Source of the DNA: Promethearchaeota archaeon
GTDB lineage: Archaea > Asgardarchaeota > Lokiarchaeia > Sigyniarchaeales > SOKP01
Direction: 5' to 3'
NCBI GenBank assembly: GCA_029838195.1
Contig: JALGVJ010000011.1
Coordinates: 1-64,000 of the forward strand
DNA: 64,000 nucleotides
Shown: piece after piece, positions 41,401-49,652 of the stretch
Position numbering within the stretch: the stretch's first letter is position 1
Layout of the letters: each line of letters begins with the position of its first letter
Position numbers and translations under genes: made by a program
Notes under the pieces: generated by a model
Told to the model about the DNA's origin: nothing
Databases searched by the model: none
Seen by the model: the letters and a program-made list of their open reading frames with translations, nothing else

Positions 41401-43241
41401 AGACCCGAACTAACATTATAGTGGACCATGATGTATTCCATAATTTCTTGCGTATTTATTTCATCAAGCTTTCCGATGCTCTGAAGGATGTATAAAGCAT
41501 AATACGTGGCATGAAGTGAGGGAGGATGAATAGTAGGATAATATCCTTGCCCTTGTTCTTGCTCTTGCTGATCGTAGTAATTTATATTATATTTTAAGGA
41601 ATCTTGAATGATTTGCTCGATTGCTAAATAATACTGCTCTGAAGTCACTACATCAGGAGAATATTTTAAAATAAAAGCATCATTTTCATGAATTCCAAGG
41701 AAATCAAATTTTCCTAAAATGAAAAGGTTTCCCGAAAAATCTTTAATAATCGCATTTCCCGAAATAACATTTGAAGCTCCCCAGGTGGTATTCCATCTCA
41801 TTATTTCTAAAGAATTATCCACCTCTCCAATAAGTACGCTTTTTTCTGAGATAGAATAACGAACATATCCCGTGAGAATGAGATGTTCCTCAGCAGATTG
41901 AAATATATTCCTCAAATAGGCCCCTTGCTCACTTGACCACGTGAATTCTTTATTCAATTCTCCCGTTTCATTAAAGCTGACCATAAATATACTATCTCTT
42001 CCATTCACTTGAAAACTCTCTGTATCTCCTCCGATAATAATATCATCATCCTTATCAATCGTTAAGGAATATAAAATATCATCTGCCATCCCTCCCCAAG
42101 TTCGATTCCATTGCTCTTGCCCTTGGTTATTATATTTAATTAACAAGGCATCATAATTTCCCGCTCCCAAACTCTTGGTAGTAGCTCCCACGTACACGTT
42201 TCCCTTCGAATCTACCTCAAGAGCCGAGCTAAATATGAGATCTTGGTCATTTCCGTGCCATGCTCTCTCCCAAATGATTTCTCCTGTAATATCATATTTA
42301 TTAATGATGATATCATTTAGCGTGCTTGACCATCCCCCCATATAAATCGTATTGGAATCTTCCAGTGCAATGGCATTTCCAAGAGTACCTTCTTCGGCTA
42401 AAATGGTCCACGCAATTGTTCCGTTCGGATAAATTTTACTTAGCCCCGCATGATGAAGATTGCTTCCAGCAGAAAAATTCCACGTTCCCACGATATATAC
42501 ATTTCCTTGAGAATCACATGCAACATCACTTCCAAAATCAAAATTATCCGTTCCTAATGTAATGTTCCACTGTTCCATACCCGTTGAATCAAATTTTACC
42601 AAATAAATATCATCATTTCCGTGAGGGCCGTTTTTCATCGTCCCGATTTGATACATGTTTCCCGAAAGATCGAGGGCAATTCCGTTTCCTTCCGTGCTTT
42701 TCTCATTTCCCCAGAAAATTTCTTGCTCCAAGTGATAAGATGTTTTTAAAATATCAATTTCAAACGAGTAGATTTCTGATGACGTGATATTTACTCCATC
42801 TGACACGTTTACGTACCATTGGTATTTTTTACCGTGATGCAATCCCATCCACGTTAAACTCACTCGCTGATTGCTGGGAGTGTTTTCCACCCTTCCTATT
42901 TCAGAATTATCGGAAGCATCATGAAATATAACCGTATAGCTCTCATCATCAGGGTCTGCCACGTAAATGCTCAAGGTCGGGTTCAGTCCGGCAATGACTT
43001 CACCGTCCGCAGGAGATGGACTTAAAATTTCTAGCTCCGTGATATGAGCTGATTTAGGAACCTCTTGAGAGAACATGGGTTTAGAAGATGATTGATTATT
43101 GGATTGGGTTATTCCGTCATCGTTTATCCGAGTATTATTGAAAACGCTTATTTGCATATTTGAACTCAAACTAATTACTAATAGTAGCACGATCAAGGAG
43201 CTAATCATTACATGACTGATTCTTTTCATGACGATCACCAT
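38403..43241 (-). CDS. Large surface protein: beta-propeller (SBBP-like), two prenyltransferase/squalene-cyclase-like barrels, Ig-like repeats, C-terminal TM
   Basis: Signal peptide; 'DSQGNVYIVG' repeats; 'ATYYALYIL', 'NTYFAIKTL', 'GGF' repeats; C-terminal TM followed by KKR. Confidence 0.8.
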   Translation of the reverse strand: MVIVMKRISHVMISSLIVLLLVISLSSNMQISVFNNTRINDDGITQSNNQSSSKPMFSQEVPKSAHITELEILSPSPADGEVIAGLNPTLSIYVADPDDESYTVIFHDASDNSEIGRVENTPSNQRVSLTWMGLHHGKKYQWYVNVSDGVNITSSEIYSFEIDILKTSYHLEQEIFWGNEKSTEGNGIALDLSGNMYQIGTMKNGPHGNDDIYLVKFDSTGMEQWNITLGTDNFDFGSDVACDSQGNVYIVGTWNFSAGSNLHHAGLSKIYPNGTIAWTILAEEGTLGNAIALEDSNTIYMGGWSSTLNDIIINKYDITGEIIWERAWHGNDQDLIFSSALEVDSKGNVYVGATTKSLGAGNYDALLIKYNNQGQEQWNRTWGGMADDILYSLTIDKDDDIIIGGDTESFQVNGRDSIFMVSFNETGELNKEFTWSSEQGAYLRNIFQSAEEHLILTGYVRYSISEKSVLIGEVDNSLEIMRWNTTWGASNVISGNAIIKDFSGNLFILGKFDFLGIHENDAFILKYSPDVVTSEQYYLAIEQIIQDSLKYNINYYDQQEQEQGQGYYPTIHPPSLHATYYALYILQSIGKLDEINTQEIMEYIMVHYNVSSGLFSDSYSDRYLDTDLAKDDPPPLTSYLEINCHATLSLGIFNELDQINVQNIIDFIWSCYHPLKHGFLGQPYDDTLTGELALPTADNTYFAIKTLLLLGEDWSTHAQEKNELISWLASLQETVAGIHLGGFYNDLDSSFNSLVIKETNLLASYYCVKSLELLNSLDQINMVNFNSYLDYLYNAQEDYFVIAPHSQYFNMDYCNLVATALGLDLGSLANNPNINSTEITNYLLSHRNSMGIWDKSTEIPYHEIIYTYQIIRSINETGFMNSLTEDVKDEIAQGLESFKFHGGYSLMSPDYTTLEKLNSLINAFYYYDYNLLTQLDAPYLLSQFKQSFKDYSQFDVYQFSLFTNIDGGELYYHSHPFEFDTRGTHERVHELNAPVNARSMYHALDTLYKLDLFDEFELETGISINDILGYIESCQFMEPGYSNTGGFSPDGFHVYLSNELRNSYVYLEHSYYSVLTLDLLARYLNLGNISDTNINTTALTNYVLSHAVETTDELYFQPTYRTEAEDSLEILETTYQSLAILKLVNESLIDPQKIKNYAESCLIYSNLEELYLVYKINELLDLGMFFNSTLVRNLILNTYSTSLHSFYRTRDKFYVPQASLSWVADMSVSLGLIINDTQIPLVSIENPLNQSYHAWQTPSLVFHVNETYLDAVYLMLSNGTHERERWISLNEMKRIEGIWTFNDSIFEDDWNFFGNGTLTLTIKATDIQKNNGTDVITLYKELSHPSIIIHSPIEGSLHGIQAPRYEIELNGKILESFWYVINNSHLTLQSPYYSVNDYVQGQISQAHWNRFGNESIDLTFIVKNKAGTCSNATIRLQKDNILPIITILQPSKDNLIFGEQAPSYKIEVEDWNVHETWYMFNGSLNRYYLTSNEYSGIINKEAWNSYENATIIITFHSNDTAGNYYQTSITVIKQVFNCSLDDSDPSGGQEGGNNDDSSPPDDTDHPSNSTTPRIPQVLENTNFVLPLTIGLLSTPGLTIISSWYIKKRLGAE

Positions 43242-43587
43242 TATTCAATTTTTTATTAAAGTGAATTTTTTGAAAATAGATGAACTCATGAAAGAGAGAT
43301 TCAATGAGCATATTTAAAGGAAAAAAAAATAAAGGACATTCAAAAATGGTTTAAAAAAATAGACATGTAATGAGTAAAACTACAATTTTTAATTAAATAA
43401 ACAAGATATAAATTAAATACATGAATAAGAGAAGTCATCTTAAATGTACCTTTTTTTATGAATTTGATTTTTATGGCTTAATATTAATGTCTCCATTTTT
43501 TATTATTTTTCCTTGTGAAAGATGACCCTTCTCTTATTTCCTTTTTTTCCTATTTGAAAATCTTTTTTTTTAATCCTCTAATCTTTT

Positions 43588-43602
43588 TTTTTTCTTTAAA
43601 TA
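43588..43602 (+). promoter_or_regulatory. T-tract/TATA promoter of the radA paralog
   Basis: TTTTTTCTTTAAATA; identical 15-mer at 6267(-), 22619(-), 31523(-), 47572(+) and 52918(-). Confidence 0.75.
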
Positions 43603-43657
43603 AACATGTCATAAATTTTAGATCAAAAAATAAATATACAAAGGTGATGGAAAAAAT

Positions 43658-44914
43658 TTGACAGATCTCAGCCAGGTAAAAGGAATCAATGCCAGACAAA
43701 TCAAGCTACTTCAGGAAAACGGAATTGGAAGTGCCGAAGCTTTGGCCATGTCTCCTTTTAGCGTGGTGGCAGAAATAAAAGGCTTAGGAGAAGCCACTGC
43801 CAAGAAGCTCATTTGGAACGCTCGCAACGGCTTGGGCATGACGGAATTTTCTCCAGCTTCTGAAATCAATGAAAATGTGGAATACATCACCACGGGCTCG
43901 GCAGCATTAGACGGAATTTTTCAAGGAGGAATTCACACGGGAAAGCTCACGGAAGTGTTTGGACCTTTTAAATCGGGAAAAACGAATCTTTCACATACGC
44001 TTTCCGTGACAACTCAGCTTCCAAAAGAAAAAGGAGGAGTGGAAGGTGCGGTCATCTACATTGATACGGAAAATACTTTTTCAAAAAACAAGATTACCCG
44101 CATTGCTAAGCGATTTGAATTAAATCCTAATGAAGTACTTTCACACATTTTTCAAGCACGTATATATAGCTCTGACCATCAATCGCAAATGATAACGAAA
44201 GCGGAAGCATTTTGTAAGAATCGAAACGTGCGTTTGATTGTAGTTGACAGCCTGATGGCCCTCTTGCGAGCGGAATACATGGGGATTGGCATGTTAGCAA
44301 AACGGCAAGGTGTTTTAAACGGCATGATACACGCACTTTCTCGGATTGCCGAAACCTATAACGTTGCGGTCCTTTTGACAAATCAAGTGGCAACGAAAAT
44401 GATGGGCATGTTTGCGGCGGATGATGCCATCGGAGGAAATATCGTGGCGCACGGCTGCCATTTCCGTATCATGTTCAAGACTAAAGGATTCTCTTCCAAC
44501 TCTTCTTTAAAGAGAAAAGCCATTATCGTGGATGCTCCTGACCTTCCGCCAAATGAATGCGAGTTCTATATTACCGGTGCGGGTATTGCAGATACTGAAG
44601 AAATATCAATTCCCAAAAGCTCTTCAGATGTATTTGATGTGACAGAATTTTATGAACAAGGCGATGATGCTTTAGAAGTAGAGGAAAATAAAGAGGTAGA
44701 AGGAAGTGATGGAAATGGTGGCAAAAGCATGAACATTAACTTAACGGATGTAAAAGGAATTGGAAAAGGAACGGCAAAGCAGTTGAATGATCAAGGTATT
44801 CTTACAATCCAAGATTTATTGGTTCAATCGCCTGAAGATTTGGCTGAAAAAATTTCGGGCATCTCTTCAAAGAAGGTAAGAGAATGGCAAAGAAATGCTA
44901 AAATCCTTATCTAA
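43658..44914 (+). CDS. radA: RadA/Rad51 recombinase paralog with an extra C-terminal HhH domain
   Basis: N-terminal HhH, TEVFGPFKSGKT, YIDTENTF, LIVVDSL, LTNQV, GGNIVAH. TTG start with GGTGA SD. Confidence 0.9.
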   Translation: MTDLSQVKGINARQIKLLQENGIGSAEALAMSPFSVVAEIKGLGEATAKKLIWNARNGLGMTEFSPASEINENVEYITTGSAALDGIFQGGIHTGKLTEVFGPFKSGKTNLSHTLSVTTQLPKEKGGVEGAVIYIDTENTFSKNKITRIAKRFELNPNEVLSHIFQARIYSSDHQSQMITKAEAFCKNRNVRLIVVDSLMALLRAEYMGIGMLAKRQGVLNGMIHALSRIAETYNVAVLLTNQVATKMMGMFAADDAIGGNIVAHGCHFRIMFKTKGFSSNSSLKRKAIIVDAPDLPPNECEFYITGAGIADTEEISIPKSSSDVFDVTEFYEQGDDALEVEENKEVEGSDGNGGKSMNINLTDVKGIGKGTAKQLNDQGILTIQDLLVQSPEDLAEKISGISSKKVREWQRNAKILI

Positions 44915-45078
44915 TAAAACTTATTACCATTTTTTTAAAGTCAAATTAATTTTATTTTTTCTTATTTTTTTAAAGAATGTTTTTTTATGATTTTACTTTT
45001 TAATCGTGATAATTTTTCTTTTAAATAGAATGACTGATCTTTAAGTAATAAACATGTAATTAATTAAGAGATTTTAAA

Positions 45079-45396
45079 ATGAAAAAAATCGAAGAGATTG
45101 GAACATGTCCCATTTGTGAGAGTATTTTATTTCTCTATAAAACAAGTAATTACAAGCGATTTGTAAAGTGCGAGGCATGTGGAATCTCTTATCCAGTACC
45201 GAAACGGGGGAAGATCGAGATTTCGGGTTTGAATTGTCCAAAATCGAACATGCCCCTCCTCATCATAGAGAAAAAAGAAGGAAAATCGTACTTTTGGGCA
45301 GCTGAACCGTGTTTCAATTGCCTCACTAGAAGTTCTTGCGAATCTGTTCAACTTCTTATTAAAGAATTTGAAGAATTAAACATTCACGGGTATTAA
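45079..45396 (+). CDS. Topoisomerase-IA C4-type Zn-ribbon protein
   Basis: CPIC..KRFVKCEAC..YPVPKRGKI..CPKS..PCFNC. Motif promoter at 45013-45027. Confidence 0.75.
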   Translation: MKKIEEIGTCPICESILFLYKTSNYKRFVKCEACGISYPVPKRGKIEISGLNCPKSNMPLLIIEKKEGKSYFWAAEPCFNCLTRSSCESVQLLIKEFEELNIHGY

Positions 45397-45430
45397 AAAA
45401 GAAAATACAGGAAAAAAGGAAGGATAAAAA

Positions 45431-45643
45431 ATGGACCTGGAATTATGGATGGAAGTATTTGAGTTTTTACTTGCTGTAGGTTCGATTTTAGGATTAATTG
45501 GATTTATTGTAGGTCTCCTCATCTTGTTTTTCTCAGGCCCCCGTAGCAAAGAAAAATTTATTCCCTTCCTCTTGATTTGCTTGCTTTTATTAATTATTTG
45601 CGGATGGAATGCGGGCTTGCGATATTTTAGAATTAATTTTTAA
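45431..45643 (+). CDS. 2-TM hairpin protein (pilin-like), paralog of 61565-61786
   Basis: EFLLAVGSILGLIG..CGWNAGLRYF. Confidence 0.75.
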   Translation: MDLELWMEVFEFLLAVGSILGLIGFIVGLLILFFSGPRSKEKFIPFLLICLLLLIICGWNAGLRYFRINF

Positions 45644-45797
45644 TTATTTCACTTGTATTTTTTCTTTTTTTAATTATTAGTACTCTTTTCATAGCTCATT
45701 GATATAATTTTTTGTTTAAAAGGATTGAAAGAATAAGAATAACTTGAACATAATTGTAAAAAAAATATAAAAATTAAATTTAAAGCGGTGAAAGAGA

Positions 45798-46745
45798 ATG
45801 GAAAACAATTGCGAAATCCATTCCAATGGTTCCATTGAGATGATCAAGGCTTCTTTGCTTCAAGCGGGTTTTAGTGAGGAGGAGCTCGAAAAAGAGGTGG
45901 AGCGCAAGCGAGAGGAATTTGGCGGGTTCATTTCCGAAAAGGGTATCTTATTTTTGATTGCGAAAGACCACGACCTCCCTATCCGCTCTCCCGATATTGA
46001 TAGATCTTTATATGACTTGGTTGAACAAGAAGAAATCGATTATGACGAATTTAGGATTGATATTGCTCAGCTTGAGGAAGGGTTATCTAACGTGGTGATC
46101 ATCGGTAGAATTGTTAAAACTTATCCCATTCATTATTTTGCCCGTAAGGATGGCACCACGGGAAAAATAAGCTCATTCTTGCTTCAAGATAACTCTGCCA
46201 TGATTAAGGTGGTCATGTGGGACGACCTTGCGGATATTGTCAATGAAGAGGCATTTGAAGTGAATCAAGGGATTCGAGTTATTGGAGGTTATACCAAGAT
46301 GAATAAGGACCGCTTGGAAGTCCATTTAGGGAAAAAAAGCAGGCTGATGTTCCTCTCAAAAGAAGAAGCACGGGAGAAACAGCTCAGAGAAGCATCCGAA
46401 ATGCTTCCTTATGTTTCTCACACGAAAAACAATAAGGTCAGTGAGAAAAAACTATCTAAAAATGCCTATCTACCTTATCTTTCAGGCAAAGTACTGAATT
46501 TTACTTTTAAGGAATTTGATAGAAAGAAAATGGAAAAATCGTTTCTCTTAAAAATTACGATATTAGCGGAGGAAAACAAGGAATACATCGTGAATTTTTG
46601 GAAATTTGATGCTATAGAAGTCTTGAAGCTCATCGAAAAAGGCAATCTTATTTATTTAACCAATTTAAAAAGTAAAGAAAATCCCTATACTAAGGAAAAA
46701 GAATTTCATTATACGGATCGTTCTACTCTGAATATTTTAAATTAA
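45798..46745 (+). CDS. RPA/SSB-like OB-fold protein
   Basis: N-terminal helical domain 'GGFISEKGILFLIAK'; OB fold 'FARKDGTTGKISSFLLQDNSAMIKVVMWDD'; a second OB fold. Confidence 0.85.
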   Translation: MENNCEIHSNGSIEMIKASLLQAGFSEEELEKEVERKREEFGGFISEKGILFLIAKDHDLPIRSPDIDRSLYDLVEQEEIDYDEFRIDIAQLEEGLSNVVIIGRIVKTYPIHYFARKDGTTGKISSFLLQDNSAMIKVVMWDDLADIVNEEAFEVNQGIRVIGGYTKMNKDRLEVHLGKKSRLMFLSKEEAREKQLREASEMLPYVSHTKNNKVSEKKLSKNAYLPYLSGKVLNFTFKEFDRKKMEKSFLLKITILAEENKEYIVNFWKFDAIEVLKLIEKGNLIYLTNLKSKENPYTKEKEFHYTDRSTLNILN

Positions 46746-46788
46746 TGGGATTCTTTTTATCGAAAGTATCTTAAAAAATGAATTAATT

Positions 46789-47472
46789 TCATGAATTTGT
46801 CTTGTTTTTCGGAAGTTTAATGATTTCTCCCGTGTTGAGCTTGAGTATCACGTGTGTCGATGTTTCCATTAAGATTTTTGTTTTATTTTTTGGAGGAGCT
46901 TGATTTATTTTTTCGTTTTTCGAGGAATTAAGTTTTTCTTTTTTTATTAGATGATGTGTTTGATAATTAGGATTGTTAGTTTTTTCCATTAATCGTTGAC
47001 TTTTTCTTTTATTAGAATGTTTTTGAGATAATAAAGAATTTTTCTTTTTTGATCCGTGAAAAGTTGTTGCGGATTCGATCTTTTCTTGAAGAACATGGTT
47101 CATTAGCATGGAAAGAATGGTTATTTCAGGTTGAGAAAGTAATTTTTTGTACGTTCCTACTTGAATCATGACTATATAATTTCCACTTTTTTCGCTTTTT
47201 TTCCTATACACGTGAATGGGCGTTCCTTTCTCCTTGTATTGATGATATCCTTTCCATTCCTTTGAGTTGCCTTCTAATACCGAAAGAATTTGTGCTTGTT
47301 CCTCTAAAGATAATCGAACCACGCTGCCCTCTTGTTGCGAAGGCTTTTCCCACGTGCCGCTTTCTTTCTTTCGAATCATACGGAAAAACACGTAGGGAAG
47401 CGTATTTTTAGCAGAGTCGAAGAAAAGAGCGGTTTTCTGACCGAAAAAATTATAAATGTGTTGATCTCCCAT
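46789..47472 (-). CDS. Possible Whirly/PC4-like ssDNA-binding protein
   Basis: 'FFGQKTAL..FRMIRKKESGTWEK..VRLSLEEQAQIL..YHQY' pattern plus basic tail. Motif promoter 22 nt upstream. Confidence 0.55.
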   Translation of the reverse strand: MGDQHIYNFFGQKTALFFDSAKNTLPYVFFRMIRKKESGTWEKPSQQEGSVVRLSLEEQAQILSVLEGNSKEWKGYHQYKEKGTPIHVYRKKSEKSGNYIVMIQVGTYKKLLSQPEITILSMLMNHVLQEKIESATTFHGSKKKNSLLSQKHSNKRKSQRLMEKTNNPNYQTHHLIKKEKLNSSKNEKINQAPPKNKTKILMETSTHVILKLNTGEIIKLPKNKTNS

Positions 47473-47637
47473 GATAAAATTATTTTATTGTTATATATAA
47501 AAGAAAAAAATTAAGATCCTCGATAATGATCTCATTACTTTTTTTAATGCAATAATGGAATATTCCGTCATTTTTTTCTTTAAATAAAAAGGCCCCAAGA
47601 AAAAATAATAATATTAAAAAAAAAGAAAAGTGAGGAT

Positions 47638-48183
47638 GTGAAAAACATGCAAAAAACTCAATTGTGGAATAATGAAATCACTAAGATTTTAGATGCCATG
47701 AGATATGAATACAGCAAGCTGATTCGAAAAGGATATATTCACGGCTTAATCGTGGTTGACCAAGACGCTAAATTAATCGCCATGGATTCGCATTTCGACA
47801 AGTCTTTAAATTATTGGGACTTGAGTGCCATTGGGGCCGCTTTTTACGGTGTTGCCCGACAAGGCCAAGATTTTTTTGAAGCGTCCGAATTAGAACGAGC
47901 CAGCATCATTTATAATGACCTGCAGTTATTCGTGAAATCAATTGGAAAAGTTCAAATCGTTCCTAACAAAAAACGTGAAATTTTAATCGTAATTCTTTCC
48001 GATCGGGCTGTAAATTTAGGGCTTCTCATTCTCCAGATGAATCGATTTGCTCCCGAAATCAAAGAAGGCATTGAGAAAAATGCCTCCATTAAAAAAACTT
48101 TATCCATGAATGAAACAGAACTAAAAGAATATATCAAACAACTGAAGAACGGTTTATTTAATAATGCAGAAACTATACTATAA
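47638..48183 (+). CDS. Roadblock/LAMTOR (MglB-like) protein
   Basis: 'GLIVVDQDAKLIA..LSAIGAAFYGVA..VNLGLLILQM'. Directly upstream of the GTPase. Confidence 0.8.
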   Translation: MKNMQKTQLWNNEITKILDAMRYEYSKLIRKGYIHGLIVVDQDAKLIAMDSHFDKSLNYWDLSAIGAAFYGVARQGQDFFEASELERASIIYNDLQLFVKSIGKVQIVPNKKREILIVILSDRAVNLGLLILQMNRFAPEIKEGIEKNASIKKTLSMNETELKEYIKQLKNGLFNNAETIL

Positions 48184-48202
48184 GGGGTGAGCTAAAAAAA
48201 AA

Positions 48203-48823
48203 ATGAATTCTTCCTTGACATCTAAAGATGTATTTGACTTTGGCTCAAGCCTTCTTCAGTTAAAAGTGGTATATTGGGGTCCCGGCGAATCGGGAAAAAC
48301 CACGAGTTATAACGTGCTCAAAGAAGAGCTTCGTTCTAAGAAGATTTCTCGAAGTATATCCGTGGAAACCACCGATGGCAGAACGCTCTGGAAGGATTGC
48401 ATGTATTTATCCTTTTCATTAAAGCTAAATAAGTTCACGTTTGATGTCGTCGTCCAGGTGGTCACGTGTACGGGTCAAGAACGGTTTCTCTCCACCCGGG
48501 AATACGTGTTAGATGGAGCTGATGGGATCGTTTTCGTGGCAGACTCCTCACCTTTAAAGCGAGAAGAAAACAAGCGGAGTTTTCGGGAACTCATGAGCTT
48601 CACGGCTTCGAATAACGTTCCTTACGTGGTTCAATTGAACAAGCGGGATTTATCTGATGCGATTTCTGAAGAAGAGTTTAAAAAAGATCTGGAATTACCG
48701 GAGGAAAAAGCGTATCCGGACGGCACGTTGGTGGTATATCCTACCATTGCCACGGAAAAAGTCAATGTTTTATATTGTTTTAAAGACTTATTGGGGCTTA
48801 TTTTATTTAAAAACTTCTTATGA
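48203..48823 (+). CDS. MglA-like small GTPase
   Basis: KVVYWGPGESGKTT, GRTLWKD, TGQERF, GADGIVFVADS, QLNKRDL. Confidence 0.88.
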   Translation: MNSSLTSKDVFDFGSSLLQLKVVYWGPGESGKTTSYNVLKEELRSKKISRSISVETTDGRTLWKDCMYLSFSLKLNKFTFDVVVQVVTCTGQERFLSTREYVLDGADGIVFVADSSPLKREENKRSFRELMSFTASNNVPYVVQLNKRDLSDAISEEEFKKDLELPEEKAYPDGTLVVYPTIATEKVNVLYCFKDLLGLILFKNFL

Positions 48824-48981
48824 ATAAATACATGATTTTATAAAGTTTTTTTATAATCTTTTTTCTATTTCATGATACCTATAATTCAGTAACTTAGAAT
48901 TTTTTTTATTTATATAGTTTGACTAAAAACTTCAGATTAAATAATAATATTCAATTAATCATTTACCACCTCGAAAGAAAA

Positions 48982-49572
48982 ATGCCTTCTCTCATAGAAT
49001 ATCCTTCATTAAGTTATAAGGCAAAAAAAAAGCTGAAAATTGAAATTCTTGACCATTCGTTCAGGAAATATAATTTTCTAATGGAATCCTTGAGCATCTC
49101 CCGATTTGCCAAAATTCTACACCATTCTTTTTCTGAACATGATATTTCTGAAATACAAGAAGTTTTAAATAATTTTTCCGATGATTGGAAACGATACAAG
49201 ATTCGTTTTCAACTCACTACTAAATTATTACCCTTCCACGGAGAACCCCATTCAGTGCACGATTTGATGGAATATCGGTTCAATGTGTTACAGCAGCATT
49301 TAAAAGAACTATATCATATCGCTCCCATTTTCAATTTACAGCGGGCCACTCATAATGCAAAAGTATTATTAACAATGTTGGATCAAAAAAATTATTGTCC
49401 TGTCCTTAGCACGCAGTTGGCATTAATTTTATTTGTCACAGACACTCGAGACTCGTTGGTCAAGGAGGGTAAAAAGAAACCGATTTTACAAGTTAATATT
49501 CGGAATTTATGTAAAACTTCTGCTTACGCCTTTCATAGAGCACGAAACAAGTTAGGAATAAGTCGATTTTAA
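48982..49572 (+). CDS. Protein with a C-terminal TFB/cyclin-repeat-like HTH
   Basis: 'LALILFVTD..ILQVNIRNLCKTSAYAFHRARNKL'. ATG 48982 preferred because TTG 48919 abuts the TATA box at 48902-48916. Confidence 0.6.
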   Translation: MPSLIEYPSLSYKAKKKLKIEILDHSFRKYNFLMESLSISRFAKILHHSFSEHDISEIQEVLNNFSDDWKRYKIRFQLTTKLLPFHGEPHSVHDLMEYRFNVLQQHLKELYHIAPIFNLQRATHNAKVLLTMLDQKNYCPVLSTQLALILFVTDTRDSLVKEGKKKPILQVNIRNLCKTSAYAFHRARNKLGISRF

Positions 49573-49634
49573 TCAACTTTGTCTTATTTTTATTCTTTAT
49601 TTATAATTTTTCACATTTTTAGTCTTTAATGAAA

Positions 49635-49652
49635 AAATATCACGTGATATTT
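49635..49652. other. 18-bp perfect palindrome between convergent genes
   Basis: AAATATCACGTGATATTT. Confidence 0.6.
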
